Positions 18,272 through 26,590 of a DNA stretch of 64,000 bases are shown in pieces (the first letter of the stretch is position 1; every line of letters starts with the position of its first letter). A program made the translations under genes and the position numbers. The notes beneath the pieces were generated by a model. The model had not been told where the DNA came from, made no database searches, and worked only from the letters and a program-made list of their open reading frames with translations. The stretch comes from an uncultured Bacteroides sp. (GTDB lineage Bacteria; Bacteroidota; Bacteroidia; Bacteroidales; JACABE01), in NCBI GenBank assembly GCA_964496885.1, contig CAZCBG010000004.1:16455-80454 (forward strand). Direction: 5' to 3'.

Positions 18272-18931
18272 ATGCCTGATATAAAAATAATGTTGATTGA
18301 TGACCATCAGATTGTAAGAGATGGCATCAAAGTATTACTCGAAAGTCTTGATAATGTAAAAGTTATTGGCGAAGCATCCAATGTGGTCGAATTATTGGAA
18401 AAATTAAAATCAGCCCAACCTGATATTATCGTTACTGATATTTCGATGCCTGATATCTCAGGAATTGAATTGACCAAAATTATCAATGGTGATAAAAAAT
18501 ATCTGGGAATCAAAATATTAATTCTATCGATGTACACCAACGAAGATTTTGTTTTTAATGCCATTAAAGCCGGGGCCAAAGGATATTTGCCAAAAAATAC
18601 TACCCGAAAAGAACTTTTTGAAGCAGTAAATACCATTTATAACGGTGATGAATATTTTAGCGAATCCATTTCAAATATTATTCTAAAAAGCTATATCAAA
18701 AAAGTAAAATCCGTCGAAAATGGCGAGAAAAAAGAAGCATTAAGTATCCGTGAAATTGAAATAGTAAGACTTTTTGCACAAGGAATGGTCAATCAGGAAA
18801 TTGCAGATAAACTATTTATCAGTATCAGAACCGTGGAGTCACATAAAAACCATATTATGCATAAGTTAGCGCTTAAAACAACCGTAGATTTAATAAAATT
18901 TGCTATTAAAAATAACATTGTCGAGATTTAA
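18272..18931 (+). CDS. NarL/FixJ (LuxR-type HTH) response regulator
   Basis: 219 aa. REC (IMLIDDHQIVRDG.., IIVTDISMPD) plus GerE/LuxR HTH (LSIREIEIVRLFAQGMVNQEIADKLFISIRTVESHK). TAtaTTTG box 24 nt upstream. Confidence 0.9.
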   Translation: MPDIKIMLIDDHQIVRDGIKVLLESLDNVKVIGEASNVVELLEKLKSAQPDIIVTDISMPDISGIELTKIINGDKKYLGIKILILSMYTNEDFVFNAIKAGAKGYLPKNTTRKELFEAVNTIYNGDEYFSESISNIILKSYIKKVKSVENGEKKEALSIREIEIVRLFAQGMVNQEIADKLFISIRTVESHKNHIMHKLALKTTVDLIKFAIKNNIVEI

Positions 18932-19106
18932 CATCAATATAATCAGATTACTAATACATATTCCTGATATACAATATATAAATATTAATCTTAGCATACT
19001 GTATTCCCATTAGACTTTCCTTTTGTGATTTCCTTTCTAATAAACTACTAATCAGTTTTACAAAACTAAATATAGCTGTTTATTATTATTTTAGCTTGAT
19101 AATGAC

Positions 19107-19114
19107 TACTTTTG
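19107..19114 (+). promoter_or_regulatory. -7 box for the DEAD-box helicase
   Basis: tacttttg, 18 nt upstream of ATG 19132. Confidence 0.5.
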
Positions 19115-19131
19115 CAAAAAAAAAATCCTGC

Positions 19132-20463
19132 ATGACGACTTTTAGTGAATTAAACCTCAACAAACCATTGTTAAACGCCCTCAATGATTTGGGATATACC
19201 CAACCAACAAGCATTCAGGAAAAGGTATTTTCTGTTATGATGTCGGGCAGAGATGTGGTTGGGATTGCCCAGACAGGTACCGGTAAAACTATTGCCTACC
19301 TCCTACCCTGTCTTAGATTGTGGAAATTCACTGGAGATGGTTCTCCTCAGATATTGATTATTGTTCCAACCCGCGAACTGGTCGTTCAGGTTGTAAAAGA
19401 AGTGAATAAATTATGTACTTATATGAACATCAAAGTGGAAGGTGTTTATGGAGGTGTAAATATCAATCCTCAGATTGATAGGGTTTATGCCGGTTGCGAT
19501 GTATTGGTTGCTACACCGGGAAGATTGTTAGATCTTGCTTACAAAGGCGTTTTACGTTTAAAAGGCGTCAAAAGACTTATTATTGACGAAGTTGATGAAA
19601 TGCTTACCCTTGGTTTTCGTCATCAGCTAACAAGCATTTTAGATTTATTACCCCCACGTCGCCAAAACCTGATGTTCTCAGCTACTATGCTTGAGGATAT
19701 TGAAAAATTAATCAAAGATTTTTTTAACAATCCACAAAAAATTGAAGCAGCACCTACTGGAACGCCTTTAGACCAAATCATACAACTTGGTTATTCACTT
19801 CCTAATTTTAATACCAAGGTAAATTTCTTAAAACTTTTACTGACGAATGATCCTGAAATGAGCAAAGTCCTGGTATTTGTTTCTACTAAAAAATTGGCGG
19901 ACGACTTATTTGAGCAATTGGAAGGAAAATTTCTTGGCCAATTGGGTGTAATTCACTCTAATAAAGCCCAAAACTATCGTTTTAATGCTGTCAGACAGTT
20001 TCACGAAGGAGCTTACCGTGTCCTTATTGCAACTGACATTATGGCCAGAGGGCTTGATATATCCGAAATCACTCACGTTATTAATTTCGACACCCCTGAA
20101 GTGGCCGAAGATTACATGCACCGCATTGGAAGAACCGGAAGAGCTGATAAAAAAGGCATCGCTATCTCATTTTTACTGGCAAAAGATGCTGCTAATCAAG
20201 CTCAGATTGAAGATTTAATGAATTGCAAAATTCCAATGGAAACCTTGCCCGAAAATCTTATAATTTCAAATGAACTTACCGAAGACGAAATGCCAAAAAT
20301 CGTAATGAAAAACGTTTTAGTTAAACCTCCTAAGGTAGAAGCTTCTGGCCCTGCATTTCATGAGAAATTAGAAAAAAACAAAAAGGTTTACAATAAAATA
20401 AGGCATAAAGACAAAATGAAACTTAAATACGGTAAACCGAAAACCAGAGGACAAAAGAAGTAG
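19132..20463 (+). CDS. DEAD-box ATP-dependent RNA helicase (RhlE-like)
   Basis: Start moved to ATG 19132 because the TActTTTG box at 19107..19114 lies inside the track ORF. Motifs F..L.., AQTGTGKT, PTRELV, DEVD (DEAD variant), SAT, HRIGRTGR. Lys-rich tail. Confidence 0.9.
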   Translation: MTTFSELNLNKPLLNALNDLGYTQPTSIQEKVFSVMMSGRDVVGIAQTGTGKTIAYLLPCLRLWKFTGDGSPQILIIVPTRELVVQVVKEVNKLCTYMNIKVEGVYGGVNINPQIDRVYAGCDVLVATPGRLLDLAYKGVLRLKGVKRLIIDEVDEMLTLGFRHQLTSILDLLPPRRQNLMFSATMLEDIEKLIKDFFNNPQKIEAAPTGTPLDQIIQLGYSLPNFNTKVNFLKLLLTNDPEMSKVLVFVSTKKLADDLFEQLEGKFLGQLGVIHSNKAQNYRFNAVRQFHEGAYRVLIATDIMARGLDISEITHVINFDTPEVAEDYMHRIGRTGRADKKGIAISFLLAKDAANQAQIEDLMNCKIPMETLPENLIISNELTEDEMPKIVMKNVLVKPPKVEASGPAFHEKLEKNKKVYNKIRHKDKMKLKYGKPKTRGQKK

Positions 20464-20464
20464 G

Positions 20465-20527
20465 TTGGATATTGGTTATTTGGTTATTAGGTTATTAGGT
20501 TATTGGGTAATTGGGTTAATGGATTAA
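20465..20527 (+). repeat. Nine-unit 8-bp periodic array (T[TA]GGTTAT decaying to TGGATTAA)
   Basis: ttggatat tggttat ttggttat taggttat taggttat tgggtaat tgggttaa tggattaa. Begins 1 nt after the helicase TAG. Confidence 0.8.
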
Positions 20528-20558
20528 TAATCCAATTCTATTTTCAATTTTTATTAAA
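20524..20558 (+). repeat. Direct repeat copy 1 (about 35 nt)
   Basis: ttaataatccaattctattttcaatttttattaaa. Copy 2 lies at 20675..20710 and differs by one substitution and one extra T. Confidence 0.85.
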
Positions 20559-20658
20559 AATTTACTAATTCAATATTTACTGAACAGATTATGACTTATC
20601 AAGATAAAATAAATAGGCCATAACTTTCATTTACAATATATTAGTAGCAGTAGGCGAC

Positions 20659-20682
20659 TTAATAACTTATTAACTTAATAAC
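20659..20682 (-). repeat. 8-bp periodic array in inverse orientation (TTAATAAC, the reverse complement of GTTATTAA)
   Basis: ttaataac ttattaac ttaataac. This is the reverse-complement flavour of the GGTTAT arrays. Confidence 0.6.
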
Positions 20683-20710
20683 CCAATTCTATTTTCAATT
20701 TTTTATTAAA
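20675..20710 (+). repeat. Direct repeat copy 2 (about 36 nt)
   Basis: ttaataacccaattctattttcaattttttattaaa, 151 bp downstream of copy 1. Confidence 0.85.
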
Positions 20711-20859
20711 TATTTGCGAATTAAGAAAGAAACAAATACTTCTTCAAGTAATCTTTGATTATCAGTTTAATTTGTGTCAACTGTATTCAAATCAATTAAA
20801 AGAAAATAAAATGTTTTTGAAAGTTTTCCTGTTTCTCAACTTTCTTGTAGAAAATTTGC

Positions 20860-20867
20860 TATTTTTG
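20860..20867 (+). promoter_or_regulatory. -7 box for the DUF4199 pair
   Basis: tatttttg, 40 nt upstream of ATG 20907. Confidence 0.45.
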
Positions 20868-20906
20868 CAATAAATACATTATGTTTTACTTAAAAAAATT
20901 AATATC

Positions 20907-21458
20907 ATGGAAAATTCAAAAACAGCATTTTTAAACCAATCTTTAAAAAATGGTTTAATTGCAGGAGGCTTAATGATTCTTTTTTCAATAATAATTTATG
21001 TACTGAATATAAACATGTTTAGTGTTGTATTTAGTATCATAATGTTTTTAGTTACTTTCGGAATAATGATAACTTTTATGGTTTTATCGATGAATTATTA
21101 CAAAAGAAAAATATTAGGCGGTGAGATTAATTATTGGCAATGCTTTTTTGCTGGATTAGCAATGGCAATAACTGCTATGTGGTTATCTTCTATTTTTAAT
21201 TATTTGTTTTATGGTTTCTTCGACACCGAATACATGCCAAAACAAATGGATAAATTTACTGAAATGTTGCAGGGATATGGTATGCCAGAAGATAAACTGA
21301 GAGAACAGGTTTTAAAAGTTCAGGAAAGAATGAATCCGCTCAAACAGTTTATTTCTAATTTATACATGATGCCGATAATTTCTGCAGTATTATCGTTCAT
21401 TGTAGCAGCATTTATCAAAAAAAATGATAATGCCACGCCTCAAGAAGCTATAAGATAA
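20907..21458 (+). CDS. DUF4199-like small polytopic membrane protein
   Basis: 183 aa with about 4 hydrophobic segments. The family call is from recall of the typical Bacteroidota architecture. TAttTTTG box 40 nt upstream. Confidence 0.5.
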   Translation: MENSKTAFLNQSLKNGLIAGGLMILFSIIIYVLNINMFSVVFSIIMFLVTFGIMITFMVLSMNYYKRKILGGEINYWQCFFAGLAMAITAMWLSSIFNYLFYGFFDTEYMPKQMDKFTEMLQGYGMPEDKLREQVLKVQERMNPLKQFISNLYMMPIISAVLSFIVAAFIKKNDNATPQEAIR

Positions 21459-21464
21459 TTGCTA

Positions 21465-21989
21465 ATGCCTTCAAAAAAAGTGCCTTTTCCTCAAAAATTT
21501 ATAGCTATATCACTTCAATATGGCATCATTTCTGCTGTATTCATGTCGATGCTTACATTGCTATTCTTCTATATTTCAGGGACTGGAAATACACCTGTAA
21601 TCATATGGAACTATTTAGTATTTACATTAGTTGTATTTGGCAGTGTAAAAACTTATCGAAAAAAAATATGCAACAGCAATATTTCGTTTAAGGAAGCTTA
21701 TGTTTCAGGAGTCTCAACAGGAATCGTAGCGTCTTTTGGGTTTGCAATCTTTATGATTTTTTACACAAAATATTTAGATATTGAATTTATCAAAAATTTT
21801 ATAAGCATTAATGCGTTAAAGATAAATAAAAATATATCTGTAGATGAATTAAAGCGACAGATTCAACTAATAACACCAGTTATTATAGGATTTTATGCTT
21901 TCTTTCAATTGATACTGATAAGTCTTATTTTACCTTTTTTGATATTTATACTCTTAAAACAGAAAAGAACTTTAACAGTGATCATTTAA
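21465..21989 (+). CDS. DUF4199-like small polytopic membrane protein (second tandem copy)
   Basis: The track ORF begins at TTG 21459, immediately after the upstream TAA. The first ATG is at 21465. Similar size and TM layout to the upstream gene. Confidence 0.45.
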   Translation: MPSKKVPFPQKFIAISLQYGIISAVFMSMLTLLFFYISGTGNTPVIIWNYLVFTLVVFGSVKTYRKKICNSNISFKEAYVSGVSTGIVASFGFAIFMIFYTKYLDIEFIKNFISINALKINKNISVDELKRQIQLITPVIIGFYAFFQLILISLILPFLIFILLKQKRTLTVII

Positions 21990-22064
21990 CAGTAAACTAT
22001 TAACTACAAAAAAATTAACGTTGAAAAAAAAGCATTAACCAATAATACAATAAGCAGCAAACAA

Positions 22065-23015
22065 ATGGATATTTCAATAATTGTACCTTTGTTCAACGAA
22101 GATGAGTCGTTGAGCGAATTGGCAGCCTGGATAGATAAAGTGATGGCAGAAAACAAGTATTCTTACGAAATCATCATGGTTGACGATGGGAGTAACGATC
22201 ATTCCTGGCAGGTAATTGAAACGCTTTCTACTCAAAACACAGCCATCAAAGGTATAAAATTCAGAAGAAATTACGGAAAATCTGCAGCCTTAAATGAAGG
22301 TTTTTTAGCTGCCAAAGGAGATGTGGTAATTACAATGGATGCTGATTTACAAGATAGTCCGGAAGAAATCCCCGAACTATTCCGTATGATAAAAGAAGAA
22401 AACTTCGACATCGTATCCGGTTGGAAAAAGAAGCGCTTTGACCCCATTATGAAAACCATTCCTACTAAATTTTACAATTGGACAACCCGTAAAATGTCGG
22501 GTATTAAATTGCACGATTTCAATTGTGGGTTAAAAGCTTACAAACTAGATGTCGTAAAATGCATAGAAGTGTATGGTGAAATGCATCGTTATATTCCTGT
22601 AATAGCCAAATGGGCAGGTTTTTCGAAAATTGGCGAAAAAGTGGTTTCTCATCAAGCCCGTAAATATGGGGTTACAAAATTCGGATTAGATAGATTTATA
22701 AAGGGTTATCTTGATTTAATATCCATAACCTTTGTTTCAAAATTTGGCAAACGTCCCATGCATTTTTTTGGCTTAATGGGCACTTTGATTTTTATCATTG
22801 GGTTCTTTGCCACTGCCTGGCTTGGAATTGAAAAACTATATGCAATTTATCATCATGTAAAAGCTCCATTGATAACCGACAGTCCTTATTTTTATATTGC
22901 GATTGCTTCAATGGTTATTGGTGTTCAATTGTTTCTGGCAGGTTTTTTAGCTGAAATGATTGGAAGGAGCTCTGCAATTAGAAATACTTATTTAATTGAA
23001 AAAAGAATATATTAA
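22065..23015 (+). CDS. Family-2 glycosyltransferase (polyprenol-phosphate sugar transferase-like, two C-terminal TM)
   Basis: 316 aa. GT2 motifs IIVPLFNE, VDDGSNDHS, DADLQD. C-terminal hydrophobic pair as in DPM/ArnC-like enzymes. Confidence 0.85.
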   Translation: MDISIIVPLFNEDESLSELAAWIDKVMAENKYSYEIIMVDDGSNDHSWQVIETLSTQNTAIKGIKFRRNYGKSAALNEGFLAAKGDVVITMDADLQDSPEEIPELFRMIKEENFDIVSGWKKKRFDPIMKTIPTKFYNWTTRKMSGIKLHDFNCGLKAYKLDVVKCIEVYGEMHRYIPVIAKWAGFSKIGEKVVSHQARKYGVTKFGLDRFIKGYLDLISITFVSKFGKRPMHFFGLMGTLIFIIGFFATAWLGIEKLYAIYHHVKAPLITDSPYFYIAIASMVIGVQLFLAGFLAEMIGRSSAIRNTYLIEKRIY

Positions 23016-23026
23016 TACATTTTAAA

Positions 23027-23599
23027 ATGCGAATAAAAGAAGCTATTCAACAATCGATTGAACTGAAAACTAAATTACTAAAGGACGAAGTCTTATTAAA
23101 AATAATCCTTCAGGTTGTAAATGAAATGATACTTACCTTTAAAAACGAAGGATGTGTTCTTTTTTGCGGAAACGGTGGAAGTGCTGCAGATGCTCAACAT
23201 CTGGCTGCTGAATTTTCAGGTCGTTTCTATTATGACAGACCACCTTTAAATGCAGAAGCATTGCATGTAAATACTTCCTACTTAACTGCTGTTGCCAACG
23301 ATTATTCCTACAACGAAATTTATGCCCGTCTGGTTAAGGCCAAAGGCAGAAAAGCTGATATATTGGTTGGGATTTCAACTTCCGGTAATTCTCAAAATAT
23401 TATTAAAGCATTTGAAGTTGCCAATGAACTGGGTATGATAACGGTAGGTTTTACAGGTGAAAGCGGAGGTAAAATGAAAGATGTTTCCAAATACCTGATT
23501 AATATTCCATCAACAGATACACCAAGAATACAGGAAGCTCATATTTTGGTAGGACATATTATTTGTGAATTGGTTGAATCAGGACTTTTTCCAAGATAG
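23027..23599 (+). CDS. gmhA: D-sedoheptulose-7-phosphate isomerase (SIS domain)
   Basis: 190 aa. GNGGSAADAQHLAAEF and ISTSGNS motifs are typical of GmhA. Confidence 0.8.
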   Translation: MRIKEAIQQSIELKTKLLKDEVLLKIILQVVNEMILTFKNEGCVLFCGNGGSAADAQHLAAEFSGRFYYDRPPLNAEALHVNTSYLTAVANDYSYNEIYARLVKAKGRKADILVGISTSGNSQNIIKAFEVANELGMITVGFTGESGGKMKDVSKYLINIPSTDTPRIQEAHILVGHIICELVESGLFPR

Positions 23600-24160
23600 A
23601 TGCAAACTTTTCCCAAAACATTTGACAAAAGTTGGTGCTTATTTCTTGACAGAGATGGGGTTATAAACCACAGATGGGTGGATGATTATGTAAAAACTCA
23701 AGCTGATTTTCAATTTCTTCCGGGTGTATTGGATGCATTGAAGATTTTTAATCAGATTTTTGGCAAAATTATAGTTGTAACCAACCAGCAAGGCATTGGA
23801 AAAGGATTGATGACTGAGAGCGAACTTCATTCCATACATCAATTCATGATTCAGCAAACTAAAGATAATAAAGGAAGAATAGATCACGTTTATTATTGTG
23901 CTGACTTAAAAGAAAGCGGGAGCTTATATCGCAAACCCAATATTGGGATGGGCTTAAAAGCAAAAAAAGATGCGAAGGAAATTCATTTTAAAAAATCAGT
24001 AATGATTGGCGATTCAATCAGTGATATGATTTTTGGAAAAAGATTGGGCATGAAAACTGTTTATATTTCCAATAATTTCACAAAAGCCATACAATTTCCT
24101 AAACAGATAGATTACATATCACCTTCATTGTTTGACTTTGCAAACAATTTAAGCAAATAA
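23600..24160 (+). CDS. gmhB: D,D-heptose 1,7-bisphosphate phosphatase-like HAD-IIIA hydrolase
   Basis: 186 aa. LFLDRDGVIN (DxDGxx), VTNQQGIGKG, IGDSISD. The ATG directly abuts the gmhA TAG. Confidence 0.75.
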   Translation: MQTFPKTFDKSWCLFLDRDGVINHRWVDDYVKTQADFQFLPGVLDALKIFNQIFGKIIVVTNQQGIGKGLMTESELHSIHQFMIQQTKDNKGRIDHVYYCADLKESGSLYRKPNIGMGLKAKKDAKEIHFKKSVMIGDSISDMIFGKRLGMKTVYISNNFTKAIQFPKQIDYISPSLFDFANNLSK

Positions 24161-24270
24161 ATAGCATCTGAGATGATACAATATTTTGAACATTTGGTCA
24201 TTATAAATAGAAACGCCTTTAAAAATGTAAGTAATCCATTACTTTAAATACATAACTAACAAAAAGCATT

Positions 24271-25296
24271 ATGTCAAAAAAAATTATTTTACTGATTCTT
24301 TCAAGCTTTTGTATTTCTTGCATACTGTTTGCTCAGCAACAAACAGATACTCTGAACAAAACTGATAATTACGGCAAAAAGCAAGGTTATTGGAAAAAGA
24401 AAGACGAAAAAGGCATTTTAAAATACGAAGGACGTTTTGTAAACAATAATCCCAGTGGTGAATTTAAATATTATTATGAAGACGGGAAAATAAAAGCAAT
24501 TTCAAGATTTTTCGAAAAAGGCTTGCGTTCGTTTACCACAACCTATTTCACAAACGGGAAACTGATGTCGGAAGGCTATTATATAAGTACGCACAAAGAC
24601 AGTACCTGGAAGTATTATAATGGATATGATGTAGTAATCAGGGAAGAGTTTTACCGTTCCAATTTAAAAAATGGTGAATGGAAAACCTATTATGATGATG
24701 GCAGCTTAACTGATAAAATAAATTGGAAAAACGGTAAAAGAGAAGGTCCATGGGAGCAAAATTATTCGGGCGGAACATTGAAGACGCAGTTTAAAAACGA
24801 TAAATTAGAAGGCAATTATCAGGTTTTTACCCCAACAGGGAAATTAAGAAATCAGGGAAAATATATAAATAATTTAAGGGAAGGTCTTTGGTTTTGGTAC
24901 AACGAAGAAGGATTACCCAACAAAAGATATGTCTACAAAAGTGATAAGCTTATCAACAAATCACTTGTTGTATACGAAAACAAAAAAACAGTAGAAATAA
25001 ACTTCGATAGCATTGCTTATGTATATACATCAGGAGGAACAACTTATATAAAAAAGACCAATGCTGCAATTTTCAAAACCAATCAAAAATTCAATGAAAC
25101 GATTGATTTATTAGGTATAGATAATTTTCTTCTGATTAATAAAAACTTTCTTTCAAATTATGCTTCCATAAAAGGTATAATCCCTTATGAAGGAGGATTC
25201 TACAAAGTACAATTTTCCATTCAACCCGATTTTGATGTAATTACAGAGGAAGAAAGTTCTAAAGCATTAAAAACGATGTTTCCCGATTCAAAATAA
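24271..25296 (+). CDS. MORN-repeat (YwqK-like) protein with signal peptide and LytTR-like C-terminal region
   Basis: 341 aa. N-terminal MSKKIILLILSSFCISCILFAQ. Repeated G.W..Y...G units. The C-terminal roughly 100 aa are collinear by eye with the LytTR domain of the 3583..4305 product. Confidence 0.65.
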   Translation: MSKKIILLILSSFCISCILFAQQQTDTLNKTDNYGKKQGYWKKKDEKGILKYEGRFVNNNPSGEFKYYYEDGKIKAISRFFEKGLRSFTTTYFTNGKLMSEGYYISTHKDSTWKYYNGYDVVIREEFYRSNLKNGEWKTYYDDGSLTDKINWKNGKREGPWEQNYSGGTLKTQFKNDKLEGNYQVFTPTGKLRNQGKYINNLREGLWFWYNEEGLPNKRYVYKSDKLINKSLVVYENKKTVEINFDSIAYVYTSGGTTYIKKTNAAIFKTNQKFNETIDLLGIDNFLLINKNFLSNYASIKGIIPYEGGFYKVQFSIQPDFDVITEEESSKALKTMFPDSK

Positions 25297-25298
25297 AA

Positions 25299-25331
25299 AT
25301 AAAAAAAAAGGCTGTCATTTAAAACAGCCTT
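25299..25331. terminator. Hairpin between convergent genes (MORN protein / oxidoreductase)
   Basis: 8-bp stem aaggctgt/acagcctt (25308..25315 / 25324..25331). The A9 run on the plus strand gives a strong U-tract for the minus-strand transcript. Confidence 0.7.
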
Positions 25332-25359
25332 CATTTCATTTATATTTATATTGATTTTA

Positions 25360-26565
25360 TCAACTAATTTTTTCATTAACCAGGAATCTGGCGAGCGAAA
25401 AACTGCAGGTAAAAGCAGGTGAAACAGCATTTAATAAATGTAGTGATTTACTGTCGCCTTCTACCACAAAATCCATTTCTAATTCAAGGGTCTTTTTGTT
25501 TAATAATTGAGCACGAATTCCAGGGCGCAACCACTCGTTGAATTTTTCTTCGTTAACGGTTTTTGTTAATCTTTTAGCCAGGCCAACAAAATGTTTGCTG
25601 TTGTATTTTTTAATTTCGTTGATAGCTAACTTTCTGAAATTAAATGCATTTGTTATAAATAAGATGGCTTCGTAATAGGTAATCTGCAAAAATTCGCCCA
25701 GTTTAAAATTACTGAATCCTTCATAGTTTTCTCTCCAGAATGCAGGAATGGAAGTTGGACCTATTTTGATATGATTGTGTGAAGTAATTGTATAATGAAC
25801 ACCCAAAAATGGATTTAACAAATTGGGTACAGGATAAATATTGGTATTGATAAACATATCTTTTCCGCTATATTTCAGATAAATACCTTTAAAAGGAATG
25901 ATAATCCGATTTTTTGAGTATCCATAATCACGGGCAATTACATCAGCATAAAGACCGGCAGCATTAATCAAGAAACCTACTTTAAACTTTTCATTATTGG
26001 TAGTGATAAATTCATTGTTCTTTTTGATGTATTTGGTATTAAAAAAGAAATCCACTTTTTGTTGAATCAGAATTTCTTTCAGCTTTTGGCATACTTCAAT
26101 TGGATCAACACTGGCAGTAGTTGGTGAATACAATGCTTTTTTAAATGTTTTTGAATTAGGTTCGATTTTATACAACTCTTCTTCATCAATTAATTTGATA
26201 TCTACACCGTTTTTGATACCTCTACGTTCTAATTCGTATAAAGCTTCTAATTCAGTTTCATCGTTGGCAACAACTACCTTATGGCATTCATTCACAAAAA
26301 TTCCATTGCTATAACAAAACTCTTTCATGAGTTTGTTACCATCAACTGTAAATTTTGCTTTCAAAGAACTGGACGTATAATAGAAACCGGCATGCAAAAC
26401 ACCACTGTTCCTGCCACTGGCATGCATTGCCACATCTTCTTCTTTCTCAATAATGGCAATTGTTTTTTCAGGGTATTTCTTCCGAAGTTCAAACCCGATA
26501 GCCAATCCCATGATACCTCCGCCGATGATCAGATAATCATATGTTTTTGTATTTTTAATTTCCAT
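25360..26565 (-). CDS. FAD-dependent oxidoreductase, L-2-hydroxyglutarate oxidase-like
   Basis: 401 aa. N-terminal dinucleotide fold YDYLIIGGGIMGLAIG..IEKE and ..HASGRNSGVLHAG. LhgO-like by recall. Confidence 0.6.
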   Translation of the reverse strand: MEIKNTKTYDYLIIGGGIMGLAIGFELRKKYPEKTIAIIEKEEDVAMHASGRNSGVLHAGFYYTSSSLKAKFTVDGNKLMKEFCYSNGIFVNECHKVVVANDETELEALYELERRGIKNGVDIKLIDEEELYKIEPNSKTFKKALYSPTTASVDPIEVCQKLKEILIQQKVDFFFNTKYIKKNNEFITTNNEKFKVGFLINAAGLYADVIARDYGYSKNRIIIPFKGIYLKYSGKDMFINTNIYPVPNLLNPFLGVHYTITSHNHIKIGPTSIPAFWRENYEGFSNFKLGEFLQITYYEAILFITNAFNFRKLAINEIKKYNSKHFVGLAKRLTKTVNEEKFNEWLRPGIRAQLLNKKTLELEMDFVVEGDSKSLHLLNAVSPAFTCSFSLARFLVNEKIS

Positions 26566-26590
26566 ATTTAATATATATATTTGTATTTAA

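Noticed and set aside
20465-20527. The tandem arrays here and at 18076, 47983 and 48055 were considered as CRISPR arrays.
   Set aside because: The units are only 7-8 bp and directly abutting with no spacers, and no cas genes are present. I report them as microsatellite-like repeats instead.
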